Shown here: piece by piece, positions 11,509 through 23,137 of the stretch
How positions within the stretch are numbered: the stretch's first letter is position 1
Layout of the letters: each line of letters begins with the position of its first letter
Source: Lama glama
Taxonomy: Eukaryota
DNA length: 64,000 nucleotides
Assembly: GCA_028534125.1 (NCBI GenBank)
Contig: CM052839.1
Coordinates: forward strand, 43,896,001-43,960,000
Direction of reading: 5' to 3'
Program-made: the position numbers and the translations under genes
The notes under the pieces: generated by a model
Told to the model about the DNA's origin: nothing
Databases searched by the model: none
What the model saw: the letters and a program-made list of their open reading frames with translations, nothing else

Positions 11509-12724
11509 AGCCCTTCCTCTGATTTGCAGCCCCACCTGACACCCCACCATTCTGCAGACTCCAGTATGGATTTGTCTCACACTTTGGTTTCATTTTTTGG
11601 AAAGAAATATTCCTCTCAGTTGTCATGGAATGAAAACATGCAGAATTATCTCCGGTTTTTGAATGTCTTCCCTCCCCACCGTCCCCCACAATTTGTTTCT
11701 TGGAGGAGAAAATCTGCTCATTAGAGCTAAATGAGTCCCCAAAGCAAAGCACTGCTTTCTACTGCAAGATGATTCAAGGCAAGCGTCTGCGACAGAGTGG
11801 GCTGAGGATTGGCTTGAAGCTTGAGAAAGAGACGTGGCCGTGAACCTGAAAGTCTTAACACAAAACCGCAGCAACGGCCCATCACCCAGGATAAAGCTGA
11901 CCCTAGTGAAATGCTGCAGCCCCACAGTTTGGGTTTAAGTCAGATCAGATAAACAGAGCCATTAATAATTATGAGGGAAGAGTGCCACTCAGACAGCTGA
12001 AGGAGTTTCACCAGCCCTGGGGACTCCCCCATTCCCCACTTCCTCCCCCTGCCCTGGTCTCTGAGAGCGGGTCCTGCGGGAGGCTCTGCTGCTCTGCTGC
12101 TCTGCTGAGTTTCCATCTGAACCCACGTGTGTCTGCTGGGGGGTCTGACCAGAGAGCCTGGCTGACCTCCGTTTGCTTTTCTTTCACAGGATGAGCAAGA
12201 CTGAGGAGGAAATCACGGTCTGGCAGGATCCCTGACACTCTGGTTATCCCGCCTGGGGGTCTTCAGAGGGATTTAAAACTGCTTACAAAGATCAAGAAAA
12301 CTGGGATTCTTGTTGAAACTGGCCCGTGGGTGCTGGAGTTGCTTACGTGGTTATCTGCATTTCTGTAGATGTTTGAAAATCTCCAGAACGAGAAGTGTTT
12401 TGAAGAAGTCACGTTTGACCTAAATACATCAACTCGATGAAGCAAACGGTGGGGTCTGCCGTGTCGCAGAGCCCAGCTGCGGCCTGCGGGTCGGGGTGGG
12501 CACACATGCCAGGTGAGCTCATCTGTGTGACACAGAAATGTTCTATGATTTGAATACGATTTGCCGAACCACTTTCCCCACAGACCTCATCACATGAAGA
12601 AAGAATCCAGATGTGTCTGCAGCGGATGGCATCGAACGCTTCGCGGCACAGATACGGGTGCAAACTTTGTCCCGCTGAGGCTTTACTGGTTTATATGAGA
12701 CTTGGTTAAAGTTTAAATTATGAT

Positions 12725-12910
12725 GAGACCGCTGTACTGTACTGCCCAGGGACCTATATTCAACATCTTAGAGTAATCTATAGTGAAAAAGAATATGAAA
12801 ATGAATATGTGTGTGTGTGTGTCTGAAACATGATGCTGTGCACCAGAAATCGACATGACATGGTAAACGGACTGCACTTCAGCTAAACAAAGAAATAAAT
12901 AAGTAAATAA
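12725..12910 (+). mobile_element. Artiodactyl-type L1 3' UTR end with A-rich tail
   Basis: cagggacctatattcaacatctt...tatagtgaaaaagaatatgaaaatgaatatg(tg)n...tgctgtgcaccagaaat...aaataaataa. Confidence 0.75.
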
Positions 12911-13624
12911 ACATATGATAAAACCACAGGAAAAAATCATGATGGGGCCATCTTTCCCTGCTTGTGACGGTGGGGGAGGCAGAGGGAGGCGGGGGACGGA
13001 GGGGACCTGTAAATATGGGAGACTTGAGGGAGCAGCTGCAACATATGGACCTTACCCAGATCCGGATTCAAACCAATGAGTCATTTTAAAAAAAAAGCAC
13101 CTGTGAGACTCTAAACACTGACTAGATAGTCCATGACATTCATGGATTCTAATTACGTTTTCAAGGTGTGATAAAAGTATTTCAGAAATGTTTTTAAAAT
13201 AGGGTTTTTTTTAAAAGAGATATGTACTGAAACATTTTCATATGAGACGGTCTGACATCTGGAATCTTCCCTTCCTCTGCTAACCTAGGGCAGGGTGGTT
13301 AGGGGAGGGGGCGCAGGCAGAGGAGAAGGAGGACGCTCGTTGTGGAAGATGCAGGGTGCGTGTGGGTGTGCAGGTGTGCGTGATGATCCACAGTGAAAGG
13401 TGACGTCTGTGCTGAACGAAGGGGCCCCGTCTGTGCTCCTGCCTCTCGGCCAATTTAAGAAAACCACGATCGCTGTTGTCAGGCCCCGTCTCTGCTACAT
13501 CCCACGCAGGCCTCCGAGCAACAGACCTAACAAAGCCAGCCCCCACCCTCCTTCGTTCCTAAGCCAGAAAGCGGCAGGCGGACAGGACCACACAGACACC
13601 GCGGCATTCTCGCTGATAATACTG

Positions 13625-13630
13625 TTTATT
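13625..13630 (-). terminator. TIMP2: TIMP2 distal poly(A) signal AATAAA
   Basis: Context GGACAATAAACAGTATTATC, then gtgtctgtgtgg. A second AATAAA lies at 13910-13915. Confidence 0.8.
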
Positions 13631-16154
13631 GTCCACGGACCGAGCGAGCGCGCACGAACGATACAAGGCATCGGGGGCATGTGCTGTCTGCTTGTCGACT
13701 TTCTACAACTCTCACGTGTTCCCGGCACAGGAAGGTCTCGGACTTTATATTCCAGCAAAAACACATGGCCCCCAAAATTTAAAACACAAACACACAAACA
13801 AAAAATTCCCAACAGAAACAAAATCAACAAAGCTTTAAATTACGGCGGCGAGTCCGGTATTTCTTAATACTTAATCAAGCAAAGATTTGGAAATAACTAC
13901 AATGTAAACTTTATTTTAAATATTTCGAGTTGCTGGCATGAAGACAAGACTAGCAGGAGGAAAGAGCAGAGCTTAGAATATAACATAAATTAACGCCAAA
14001 TGGAGAGCCTTCTTGAACTATATATATACGGCACTTAATCACTGTTGACGGTATCTGAGTGGCTTCTCTCGGCCACCTCATCTTGTTTTGTTTTCTTTCT
14101 TTCCTGCTCATCATGGCTACAAGACCAAAGTGCTTAGACTGAATATATAAAGGCCATCTCTTAGAACCAAACCTACTGAAAGATCCTTTGCTTTGTAACA
14201 ACTGGAAGCAGAAAACAAAAGATGGGAGGCAGAGAAGCAACGCTACTCGAGGAACGGAAAAGCTCTGGAGGAACCACCGTCACAGGCGAGCTACCATGTC
14301 GTGTGCACTTTGGGTCCAGCGCTTCCACGATGCAGAAACCTTTGAGAAAAAAAAGGTGCGCGTCCAACCCCTACCAAGGGTAGTAAAAAACACAGCACAG
14401 GAATGATTACAACGGATGTCAGAAACCGAAACATTAAAAAAAAAAAATCAGCAGAAACAGGAGTAAATGTTACATCGGATAACACCGTACAGGAGGCAGA
14501 CAGGGGTGGCTGTTATATTGATCGGAGGGTCTGGTGTTCTTGAATACACGGAAATCACACGGACTGGTCCATTAGGACATCTTACAAACTTCCTATCACT
14601 GTACAGCATGAAGGCGGCCCTCGGAGCGGGGCGGATTCTCGGATCTTCTCCTAGTCTGCCCTAGAAAGGGAGTCATCAAAGTCTGTGCTGACCAGGTCCC
14701 GGGTGGGCATGGGGGCTGCACGCCACTTGGGGGTCAGGAGTCTTAGAGGTGCTTTGGGCTCACTGCAGAAGAGAACAGGCTTAGAAGATGAACTTTGGAA
14801 GAATTCCGCAGGACCACTCCCAGGCCGACAGACTTCAGTTTCACTGTGTGTGCGCACACACGCATGGGCATATAGGTGTATGTTTGCATAACATTCATGA
14901 TAAACTCAGAACAGTTTATCTTGGGAGGAAAAAGGAGATTATCTTTACTGTTATTGAGAAATTCCTGCCTATGTTAACTGGTATCAGAAAACCATCTTTA
15001 GGGAACAGATAGATTCCCTATGGAGTTTCTTAACTGAGAGATCTTTGTAACATGAGAAATAGAAGCAGAGGTGGGGACACCTGCAATTTGGGTTCACATA
15101 TTATCTGAGAATTCATCTTTAAAAGGATGAGAAGTCTCGTAAAGCCGGCCACAGTGTCCTGGAGGCCCAGAAAGCAATGCGAGTTTTACTGACGCCACCT
15201 CCCTCCAAAATTCGTCCTTCCCTCGGGAGGACTTCATTCTCTGCTTAGCTACCTTCACTCCCGGAAACCCCTGTGTGGCAGAGTGACTGCCAGTCCTGGA
15301 GGGAGGTCATATTATAACCTCTGGTACCTGCCTGGGGGGCTGGGAGGTGTGTGGGGGGCAGAGCAGGACCCAGCTCGTGCCCTGGCCCCACCCAGTCCCG
15401 AGCGAAGCTCCCCGACCTCGATGCCCGAGGTCAGAAAGAGGAGGGAGCGAGAGGGCTCTCAGAAGCTCGTCAGCCGCGTGCACCCTCACGCGCCTGCCCC
15501 GGGGGAGAACGTCTCAGAGTCCCCCAAGGGCCAGGGGTCGGGGGTGCGATTAGAAGGACTTCGCTGGAGCTAAAGCTTGTCGCTTGCACTTCTCTGTGAG
15601 GCCCGGGAGGGAGGCTCCCACTGGAACTCTGCAGATTAATACGATTAATTGGGGCTCCTTCAAGAGCAAGCCACTGGTCTAGGCTGCTCCTGGGCACACA
15701 CAAGTCACAGGTGCTGGGAGTCCGGGGTGGACACAGGGGAGACGGGGGGGGGGCAGGGGTCGCCACCCTATGGGCCAGAGGTGTGGCAGCTGCAGGAACC
15801 GAGGGACACGCCCCTCTCAAGATGAAAGGGACCTGGTAGGCCTGCTACACAGTGTTGCAACGACCCTCAAAAGTTTCTGCAAAATGCACATTCCCAGGCA
15901 CTGCCCTGCCAGGCCAGAGGACCCCTAAGTGCTGTCTGCTCAGCGTCTGTGACAGTGCCAAGGCCGGGCCTGGGAGGGGAGCCCATGCGTCCCACCCCGC
16001 CCACACCCAAGGATGGGAGATCGAGACGCACGGTGCCCAGGCTGGCGGACGGGGCATGGGCCCCACCTCTGCCTGCAGACCCACAACCGTGTTCAAGAGG
16101 AAAACAGGGGCGGGGAGGAGAATCACACTGATTTAGACCCACTTGGATGACTGC

Positions 16155-16160
16155 TTTATT
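16155..16160 (-). terminator. TIMP2: TIMP2 proximal poly(A) signal AATAAA
   Basis: AATAAA ~90 nt downstream of the stop codon; would give a ~1-kb mRNA. Confidence 0.75.
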
Positions 16161-16247
16161 CATGCTGTTTCCAGGAAGGGATGTCGGAGCTGGACCAGTC
16201 TAGACTCTGGGAGGCTTCTGACAGGCCGCGGGGTGCTGGCGGCCCGC

Positions 16248-16445
16248 TTACGGGTCCTCGATGTCGAGAAACTCCTGCTTGGGGGGTGCCGCCCCGCGGT
16301 ACCACGCACAGGACCCGTCGCTTCTCTTGATGCAGGAGAAGAACTTGGCCTGGTGCCCGTTGATGTTCTTCTCCGTGACCCAGTCCATCCAGAGGCACTC
16401 ATCCGGGGCGGAGATGTAGCAGGGGATCATGGGGCAGCGCGTGAT
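16248..16445 (-). CDS. TIMP2: TIMP2 exon 5 (198 nt including TAA)
   Basis: ccag|[65 protein letters not shown]. Confidence 0.98.
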   Translation of the reverse strand: MTRCPMIPCYISAPDECLWMDWVTEKNINGHQAKFFSCIKRSDGSCAWYRGAAPPKQEFLDIEDP

Positions 16446-16570
16446 CTGGGGAGGGGACACAGGGCGGGTCACTCAGGGGGCTCTCCAGACCCGGCCATGC
16501 ACCTGGGAAGGCTTCAAGGGTGCTTTGCAGGATGAATGACCCCATGAGTGCAGCAGGGAGGGAGGCAGCT

Positions 16571-16750
16571 GAGACCGCGCCTCCGTCAGCAGGCTTTCCT
16601 GAGTCCCACACCCTCAGACAGGGCAGTGGGGACACCGCCTCTGCACCCCTGCCTCTGGAGACCGTGCCTCCATCAGTAGCCTTTCCTGAGTCCCATACCC
16701 CACCAGGTGGGACAGGGTCGGGGGACACCATCTCTGCACCCCCAGCTCTT
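16571..16750. repeat. ~87-bp tandem duplication in TIMP2 intron 4
   Basis: gagaccg.gcctcc.tcag.ag.ctttcctgagtccca.accc...ggggacacc..ctctgcacccc at 16571 and 16658. Confidence 0.8.
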
Positions 16751-17834
16751 GAGGTGGCGCCGCCACCTGGGGCCATCTGGTCTACCTTTTCCAAGCACGA
16801 CAAACCGGCTTCCACTCAGTCCCACCTTCCTGGGAGTTGAACAATAGTAACAACATAAAAGGTCTTGAATCTACAGGACAGGTTCAAATCAAGGAAAAAG
16901 AACAGTGTCTTGCTCTCAAGCATGCAGGGACTTAGAGGGGACCAGCAAGGAGCATTTAAGCAAAAGAACCTAAGTCCACGGGAGGGTGAAAACCTTCGGG
17001 CCACGGAAAGACAAAGGAGGAACTTGTTTCTTGACTTCACGTGGGCACAGAGGGGCTCGCTGGACACATGTGTGGCTGTCGGTCAAAGTTCACACTTAGA
17101 ATAAGCTAAGGGGTGGGTCGGCGAGGATCCTACCGGGACAGGCAAGAGGGCCGCGCAAGCAGCGCCAACTAGCACGGGGCAACCCCTGCAGCCTCGCGCT
17201 TGGCCCGGCATCTTCTGGACCCAGACTCACTGCTGGTGGCCCCGCGGTGCTTCCTGCGCTGGGGCTGAGGTTGGGGGTTGTTGGTGGTGACAGAAGGATG
17301 TTGAGAGAACAAGATTGGAGCCCACAGAGCTCGGAGGAGCTCTCACCTCCTGTGGCTGCATCTAAGTGTCAGCGCTGCTGTAACTGTGCCTGGCACAGCC
17401 CCTAGGCGGCTGTTATGAGGAGGGGCTGGGGTTTCAGGGGTTCTCAACACACAGACCCCACAGTTACATGCACCGTGCGTGGGAAAGACTGGAACACTGT
17501 CAAAGGCCTGTCACCTGGGACACTCTTTCACAAGGCACACCAGTCTCTGCACTTGTGTGTTTGTAGAAAAATACTCCGAGGACCATGTTCTGCCCCAAAA
17601 CTCCTCCTTCTAGAAGGCTTCCTTTCTAGATGTTAGCTAGCTTCCCCGTAACTCCCAACTGTCCCTGGCGGGCCAGACATCCTTACCCTGTGGGCAGGCC
17701 ACACGTCCCCAGAGCGTGGCCCTAAGTCAGGACCCTGTGGATTGAGAGCCCCTGGGAAGCCTGGGGTTGAACCCCGGCAGCCCACCTGGAGGTGGTGGTG
17801 ATGAGAAGCCCGGAAGGAGGTGGCAGCCGCTTAC

Positions 17835-17959
17835 CTTGCACTCGCAGCCCATCTGGTACCTGTGGTTCAGGCTCTTCTTCTGGGTGGTGCTCAGGGTGTC
17901 CCAGGGCACGATGAAGTCGCAGAGGGTGATGTGCATTTTGCCATTGCCCTCGGCCTTTC
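17835..17959 (-). CDS. TIMP2: TIMP2 exon 4 (125 nt)
   Basis: ctcag|(G)[41 protein letters not shown]|gtaag. Confidence 0.98.
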
Positions 17960-18067
17960 CTGAGGAGACACGGATCACCAAGGTCAGGGCAAGTTACGGG
18001 TCCTCCTCCTCCTCCTGCACCTGGGCGCGGCTTGGGCGTGGGGAGGTTCCGTTCTGACAGTGCCCCG

Positions 18068-18452
18068 TGCTGTGGGCTGGGTCGTGCCCCCTCCAAAGTT
18101 CAGATGTTGAAGCCCCAACCCCCAGCACCTCGGAATGTGACCGTATTAGGACAGAAGGTCTTTAAAGAATTGATTAAAATGAAGCTATGCACATGAGTCC
18201 TAACCCAATAGGACTGGTGTCCTTATAAGAGAAAGATGAGGACACAGGCAGACACAGAGGGATGACCACATGGCGACACGGGTAGAAAGTGGCCGTCCAC
18301 AAGCCACACAGAGAAGCCTCAGAGGAAACCAGTCCTGCCCACACAGGGTTGATCTTGGACTTCTAGCCTCCTGAATTGTGAGAAAATACATTTCTGTTGC
18401 TTCAGAACCCCAGTCTGCATTTTCTGTTCCAGTAGCCTGAGCAGATTCACAC
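18068..18452 (+). mobile_element. MaLR solo LTR (MLT1A/B-like)
   Basis: Typical MLT1 blocks: cccagcacctcggaatgtgacc, gactggtgtccttataagag, gatcttggacttctagcctcctgaattgtgagaaaata. Confidence 0.8.
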
Positions 18453-18485
18453 ACTGCAGATTTATCCTGAGCATAAAAAGAACGC

Positions 18486-18648
18486 GGGTGGGAGGGGAGA
18501 GCAAGGTGGTAGCGCATGCGCTTAGCATGCACGAGGTCCTGGGTTCAATCCCCAGTGCCTCCATACAAATAAGTAAATAAATAAATGAAAACCTAATTAC
18601 TTCCCTCTCCCCCCCAAAATTAATAAACTTTCTTAAAAAAAAGAATGC
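18486..18648 (+). mobile_element. tRNA-Ala-derived SINE (camelid vic-1 type) with target-site duplication
   Basis: gtggtagcgcatgcgcttagcatgcacgaggtcctgggttcaatccccagtgcctcca plus an (aaat)n tail; flanked by aaaaagaa(c/t)gc on both sides. Confidence 0.88.
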
Positions 18649-20154
18649 AAGCTCACTATAGAAAACTTCGAAAATGTAGGAAATACTTCTTCAAATCTCC
18701 TTTATTCTCATGACCTAGAGCTAGTATTTTGACTCATTTCCTCCCAATATCCTTTTATGCACACGTATTCACACACAAAAGATCACGTTGTGCGTAGACT
18801 GCGCTGTTCCCTGTGTTTTCACTATTTACTCACAAGCATTTCCTTCATGTGATGTGGAACTTGTAATTCTGGGGTTTTCCATTATGAGTAGTAAAAACAA
18901 TTTCATAAAATCAGAAATCTGCCCTGAATTCCCTTTGCTGAGGACCATAAGACACTCTTCATACCTTAGGCTCCTGGCTCCTTACTGCAAAGTTCTGCAG
19001 CCAGGCACCAGTCAAGCAGGAGAAAAAGACCAATAGCTGTGTTCTGGTGGGCGACAGACCCTTACCAGGGCAAGGGAGGGCATCTCAAACCTCGTCCCTC
19101 CTGCCACAATGGCATCTTGTCAAGAGACATCGGTGCCCAGCGATGACACCACAGCCTGGCACAGAGCCACATGGGATTCCTTGAGAGGCAGACAGCAGCC
19201 CCGGGCTGCACCCTGAGCACCTCCACTTGATATGCAGTGCATCCAACTTAATGATCTCGAGCACAACCCTGGCCGTGGAGCATCCGCTAATGGAGATGTA
19301 GCTCAGCAAAGTAATGACGCAGCTTGTCGGCATCTCATCAGGAAGAAATGCAACAGAAACCTGTCGCCAGGGGAAATGCGATCGGCTTGCCCGAGGCTGC
19401 GAGCGGCACCGGGGACACCTTTTGTGCTGAGCAGGTGGCAGGACGCACACCCAGGATGTGAGCTCTCATGCTCTTATTTCTGTTTCAGCCTCATCCCTCA
19501 CCTCCGGAAGCTCTATTTTCCCCTCATATCTGTCTGGCCTTGTATGATGTTCCAGGCAAAGAAAAGGATCGAGGAGCAGGGTGACTACTGTAACATTCAT
19601 TCTGAAGCCTAAGAACTAAAAAGAGATGCGTCTGGGTGGCCTTAAACATCAAAAATAATTTTTTTTTTCTACACCTGGAGCCATCGTCCACTGAGTTCAC
19701 AGTAGACAAGGAGCAGAGTGGCCGGAGGACAAGGACCTCACTCCTCTATCCTGGTTCCTTCTGGCATTTCCTACCCGTACAGGCAGAGTGCCTGCTCCCT
19801 TGCCTGGGCACGGGCATTCATTAGAGACAGGCTGAGTATTCCTTCTGGTTCCTGCCTCCAAACTTCTGGAGCAACTTCCACTGTGTCACGTGACAGGCAC
19901 CAATCTCCACTTCTACACCTTGTTCCTTAAACAGGTCGCAAGCACGAAAAGTAAGGGTGTGTCTTAACCCTGTTTTACCCATTTTCAGCCCATAGAAACG
20001 GCTCCAAAATAGTTTACTCGTGAGGACTGCGGGTCTGTGTTCAACAGTGCTTCATTCTCTTTTTCAATCTTTTCACCACCAATCCAAGCTTCTGCATAGA
20101 GTAGGCAAAGGCAGGGGATGGAGACGAAACGCAAGTGGTGTATTTTCTTCCTTT

Positions 20155-20285
20155 TTAAAAAAAAATTTGTATTTTTTATTGAAGTGTGATTGATTTACAA
20201 TGTTAGTTTCAGGTGTACAGCAAAGCAAGTCAGTTACACAAATACATACTTTCTTTTTTTCAGATTCTTTTCCAGTTGGTATGTT
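20155..20285 (-). mobile_element. Artiodactyl-type L1 3' end fragment
   Basis: ttttattgaagtgtgattgatttacaatgttagtttcaggtgtacagcaaag...ttcagattcttttcc. Confidence 0.75.
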
Positions 20286-20864
20286 TTCAATGGCCCTCAT
20301 TACTGGGCTAATGTGAACTCTGAATGTCACGTGCAAACAGCGCGGCATCTCAGAATGGTGAAAGGAGACCCCTTTCAGCAGACACAGTGTTAAGGCCTGG
20401 CTGAGCGTGTATGATGTTGTGAGCATCTATCTGCATGCCTTAGGAAAAAGCAAAGTCTTGGATACAGAAAAAAACAGGAATTAATTAAAATTTGTAACTG
20501 AGGGATGTATGTTTACTTTTCCTTCCGGAGGAGAGGCCTGTCGGAGAAAATTACAGGGCCCCTTTCCACAGCAGCTCCTGGACACGGGCGTCTCACGGTG
20601 GCCAACGCGGCATGTGAAGCTGAGTCATCAGCCCGCGGGGAGGTGGGCTGCCTCGGGCTGTGAGGTCGTTGGTGGGGCCGCAGCCAGCGCTGGCTGAGTG
20701 GTTTCCCGTGCCCCGTGATTTCTGGTTAGCCTGTTCTGACTCCAGGAGAACAGGACATAGATTCTGTGCTTCAGAAAGTAAACACCAGATTGGAACCAGG
20801 GTTGCCTTGCCGAGCCAGGGAACGATGCCGGCTAGGGCGAGTCCCGTGTAATGGGGTGGGTCAG

Positions 20865-20878
20865 CCACCAGGGGGAGC
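20865..20878 (+). promoter_or_regulatory. CTCF-like motif in TIMP2 intron 3
   Basis: CCACCAGGGGGAGC, one mismatch to the CCACCAGGGGGCGC core. Motif match only. Confidence 0.5.
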
Positions 20879-22104
20879 GCCTCTTATTAATCGGATGCTC
20901 CACGGCCAGTTAGGAAAATGTGCCCCAGGTCACTTGCTGGCTTCCAGTGTGAGACGTGAAGGGGTCCAAGATGACAGGTAGGCGCACAGTTACCAAGCAA
21001 ATGTATCTCATTCTAATCATCTTCTCATTCAGATGAGGGTCAATTTAACGGGCCTGAGTGCGGGGTGCTGCCTGGGCACCAGCATTCTTGCAAACTCCCC
21101 ATAAAATTCCAATGAGCACCGCAGGTGGAGGACCCCTGGGTTAGGCGCTGGGGTAGGGACACTTCTTACTCTACACCAAGTGACGGAAGAAGCAGAGTAT
21201 AAGGGACCTGGGGCTCAGGCTGACCAGGGTCTAAATTCTGGCCACACCACTGCAGCCCACCCCCCGGCGGTGTGACGCAGGCTGGGGTGTGCTGAGAAAC
21301 GCCCAGCCACCAGCTCTCCTGGGAGGAAAAGCTCTGGTGCATAGCACCTACCAAATTCTGTGCTGCAAATACTCCCACCCCGGCCAGTTTCAAGCTCGCA
21401 GCTGTGACACCAACCAAAATGGAACAATCAGCTTGAAAGTGAAAGTGGGTTTAGGCCAGCCTCCCCCACCACGGCCCTGAGCACGTCGCTCTGTCTCTGC
21501 CCCTCAGTGTTCCGCATCTGCAAATGGGGCTGGCAACAGGGGACTGTGAGGATTCAGTGGAGCCACACGAAAAGCATCTGGAAAATGTCAGTGCCAGGCA
21601 AAGGGCACTCCTTTTCTGTAAATGGGGAGAGGGTGAAGCCTGATGTACGAACCTTTAAGACAGAGCCTCTGCCTGGGTGAGGATTCAGCTGGGTGTGGAT
21701 TCATCTGGGCGTGTCTGGAAGCAGGCGCTGGCCCAGACCAAGGTCACTTTCCCATCAGGAGCCCGCCCTTGACGGGATGCAGGCTCTCCCTCCTTGAGTA
21801 CGTGCTTCTGCAGCCCTGCAGTTTGGCCAGACAGCCCCTAGAGGGCAGTGCCAGGGGGCCGAGCCGGCCGGCTGAGGCTCTCACTTTAAAGGGCTGTTAG
21901 AGACCAGCACACAAAAAGGACGCAGGAAACTAGACGCCGTTGGTTTGTTAGGGCAACTAGTCCCTGCCCCGTGGGCGGCCGTCTCCCCGCCCGTGCCGAC
22001 CCCTGTGCCACCGTGATGTCAGAGTCAGGCTGTCAGCTCTCTGCATCGTGATTTTGTCCTTGTCCCCCTCTCCTCTTCCAATGTTATTTTTTCTATTGTA
22101 AAAA

Positions 22105-22595
22105 CAGTGAAGCCTGCAAATGTGAAACGGTGCGGCTGCTCTGGAAAGCCGCCTGGCAGCTCCTCAGACGGTCAAACACACAGCCAGCGTTGGTGCTGCA
22201 ATCCCACAACATCTGCCCGAGAGAAATGAAAACACACGCCCAGGCAAAAACCTGCACACGCACACACACACGTTCCAGGCAGCGTTCTCCATCACAGCCG
22301 AGAGGCAGGAAGAACCCCAGCGCAGGGGTGAACAGACAGACAAAACGTAGTGTATCCATCCAAGGAGCTTCTGCCATGGAAAGGAGTGAAGCTCCGATAC
22401 GGGTTACAACGTGGCTGAACTTCGGAAACACGCTGAAAGAAGTTTCAGATCAGGAAGATGAAAGGGTTCTGGAGATGGATGGTGCTGGTGGTCACACAAC
22501 AATGCGACTCTGCTTAATGCCACTACACCGTACACCTAAAAACGGCTAAAATGATCAATTTTATGCTACGTATATTTCATCCCAACTTAAAAAGG
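22105..22595 (+). mobile_element. Old L1M 3' fragment
   Basis: ctctggaaagccgcctggcagctcctcagacggtcaaacac...gagaaatgaaaacacac...aggaagatgaaagggttctggagatggatggtg...cacctaaaaacggctaaaatg. Confidence 0.75.
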
Positions 22596-23028
22596 GGGTT
22601 ACGAGGCACAATGGAGCGAGTGAGGAGTGTGCGCAACCATTTCAAGATTTAAAACAGGGTTTCAACTCTCCTGCCCCACCTCCAGGGCTTCCAGCATCTC
22701 ATATGAGCCTCCTTTTCGGGAACAAAAGGCCAAAAAACAAAAAACAAAACAAAACCAAAAAGCCCTGTGTCCACCTGACCTCAAATTTCCTATGAACACA
22801 GGCTTCCTTGGTTCCTTCCCAACAAGCCACATGGGTTGCGCTGGTCTAGCCCAGGGGAGGTTGTCGAGGACAGGCAGGTGAGCACTCACTGCAAGTTCTC
22901 CGACGGGAAAAGGCAGGGGCTCCCCGAGACTTCCGACGTATCCTCAGGGCCCGGCTCCACCTCGCGGTCCCCCCGCCCCCGGCCCTGGATGGTCGCCAAG
23001 AACGCCCCACGCCCAGACCCACACACAC

Positions 23029-23137
23029 CTGCAATGAGATACTCCTTCTTTCCTCCGACGTCCAGCGAGACCCCGCACACGGCAGAGGAGGGCGCCGTGT
23101 AGATAAACTCGATGTCCTTGTCGGGTCCCTTGAACAT
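23029..23137 (-). CDS. TIMP2: TIMP2 exon 3 (109 nt)
   Basis: ccag|[36 protein letters not shown](G)|gtgtgt. Confidence 0.98.

Larger units (their letters stand above)
13607..16247 (-). other. TIMP2: TIMP2 long 3' UTR (~2.6 kb)
   Basis: Runs from the stop codon (16248-16250) to just past the distal AATAAA (13625-13630), followed by a GU-rich downstream element. TIMP2 is known to make short and long mRNAs. Confidence 0.75.
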
